In this document: piece by piece, positions 63,801 to 64,000 of the stretch
How the letters are laid out: the number at the start of each line of letters is the position of its first letter
How positions within the stretch are numbered: the first letter of the stretch is position 1
Assembly (NCBI GenBank): GCA_000004695.1
Contig: CM000155.2
Location: 1,280,001 to 1,344,000, forward strand
Length of the DNA: 64,000 nt
Direction: 5' to 3'
From: Dictyostelium discoideum
Lineage: Eukaryota
The notes under the pieces: model-generated
Told to the model about the DNA's origin: nothing
Seen by the model: only the letters and a program-made list of their open reading frames with translations
Databases searched by the model: none
Translations under genes and position numbers: made by a program

Positions 63801-63987
63801 GACGACGATTAACAATACCACGTTTTGATGATGATTGAAATGATTCAGAATTTGGAGTCATTAAAGTTTGTGCTACACCACCTACTGATGAACCACTTTG
63901 ACCATTGGATGAGTTGAGTTGTTGATTCATTACTAATGTACTACTTTTACTTTCTATATTTTGTAATAATGATTTAATTGAATGCAT
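61999..63987 (-). CDS. SURP (SWAP) domain protein with C-terminal armadillo-like repeats. The N-terminus may extend beyond the window edge.
   Basis: 662 aa ORF beginning at ATG 63987 (MHSIKSLLQNIES...). The frame is still open upstream at the window end. IEQVIEIVVEFVSKNGQTFETAIQNQSMSAIFPFLDPSNQYYPIYKTKL matches the SURP consensus (ekTAqfVarNG.eFE.....e..N.kFsFL.p.d.yh.YY..kl). The C-terminal half has ARM/HEAT-like helical repeats (ALRCLVALAQEDRTIKTI) and a low-complexity Ser/Asn tail. It is probably an RNA-processing factor. Confidence 0.55.
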
Positions 63988-64000
63988 TTGTGAATTTAAA

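Overview
This window is almost certainly nuclear genomic DNA from Dictyostelium discoideum or a very close relative. It is extremely AT-rich outside exons. Coding regions carry long pure (AAT)n and (CAA)n tracts that encode poly-N and poly-Q. Introns are short, begin with GTAAGT or GTATGT and end in tttag, and two tRNA genes each have a downstream extra B-box copy (ex-B box) and 5'-truncated poly(A)-tailed retroelement fragments on their 3' side. There is nothing prokaryotic here: no operons, CRISPR arrays or defence islands.

About 20 protein-coding genes are visible:
- a C-terminal FHA domain exon
- the ArfGAP + alpha-kinase gene (ak1-like)
- a CDC7-type kinase
- sulfide:quinone oxidoreductase
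- an ~2,900 aa TPR-like protein with repeated acidic DWDADF motifs and a separase-like PWE signature near its C-terminus, but no obvious catalytic dyad
- an alpha/beta hydrolase similar to isoprenylcysteine methylesterase
- a tandem array of four paralogous small secreted proteins
- the Brix-domain ribosome biogenesis factor RPF2
- a PP2C-like phosphatase
- VPS26C/DSCR3 (retriever subunit)
- an LDAH-like hydrolase with an apparent frameshift
- small membrane proteins resembling V-ATPase subunit e and COA3
- a SURP-domain protein
- several low-complexity hypothetical proteins

The two tRNA genes are tRNA-Pro(UGG) and tRNA-Val(AAC), both on the minus strand. Each has tandemly nested 5'-truncated TRE3-type non-LTR retrotransposon remnants downstream, and the first array contains a 100-N assembly gap.

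Several short islands with G/C homopolymer runs sit in otherwise pure AT desert. They look like low-quality read ends merged into the assembly rather than biology.

I found no single novel system. The most unusual items are the separase-like pseudo-protease candidate, the secreted four-paralog array and the retroelement landing pads at the tRNA genes.
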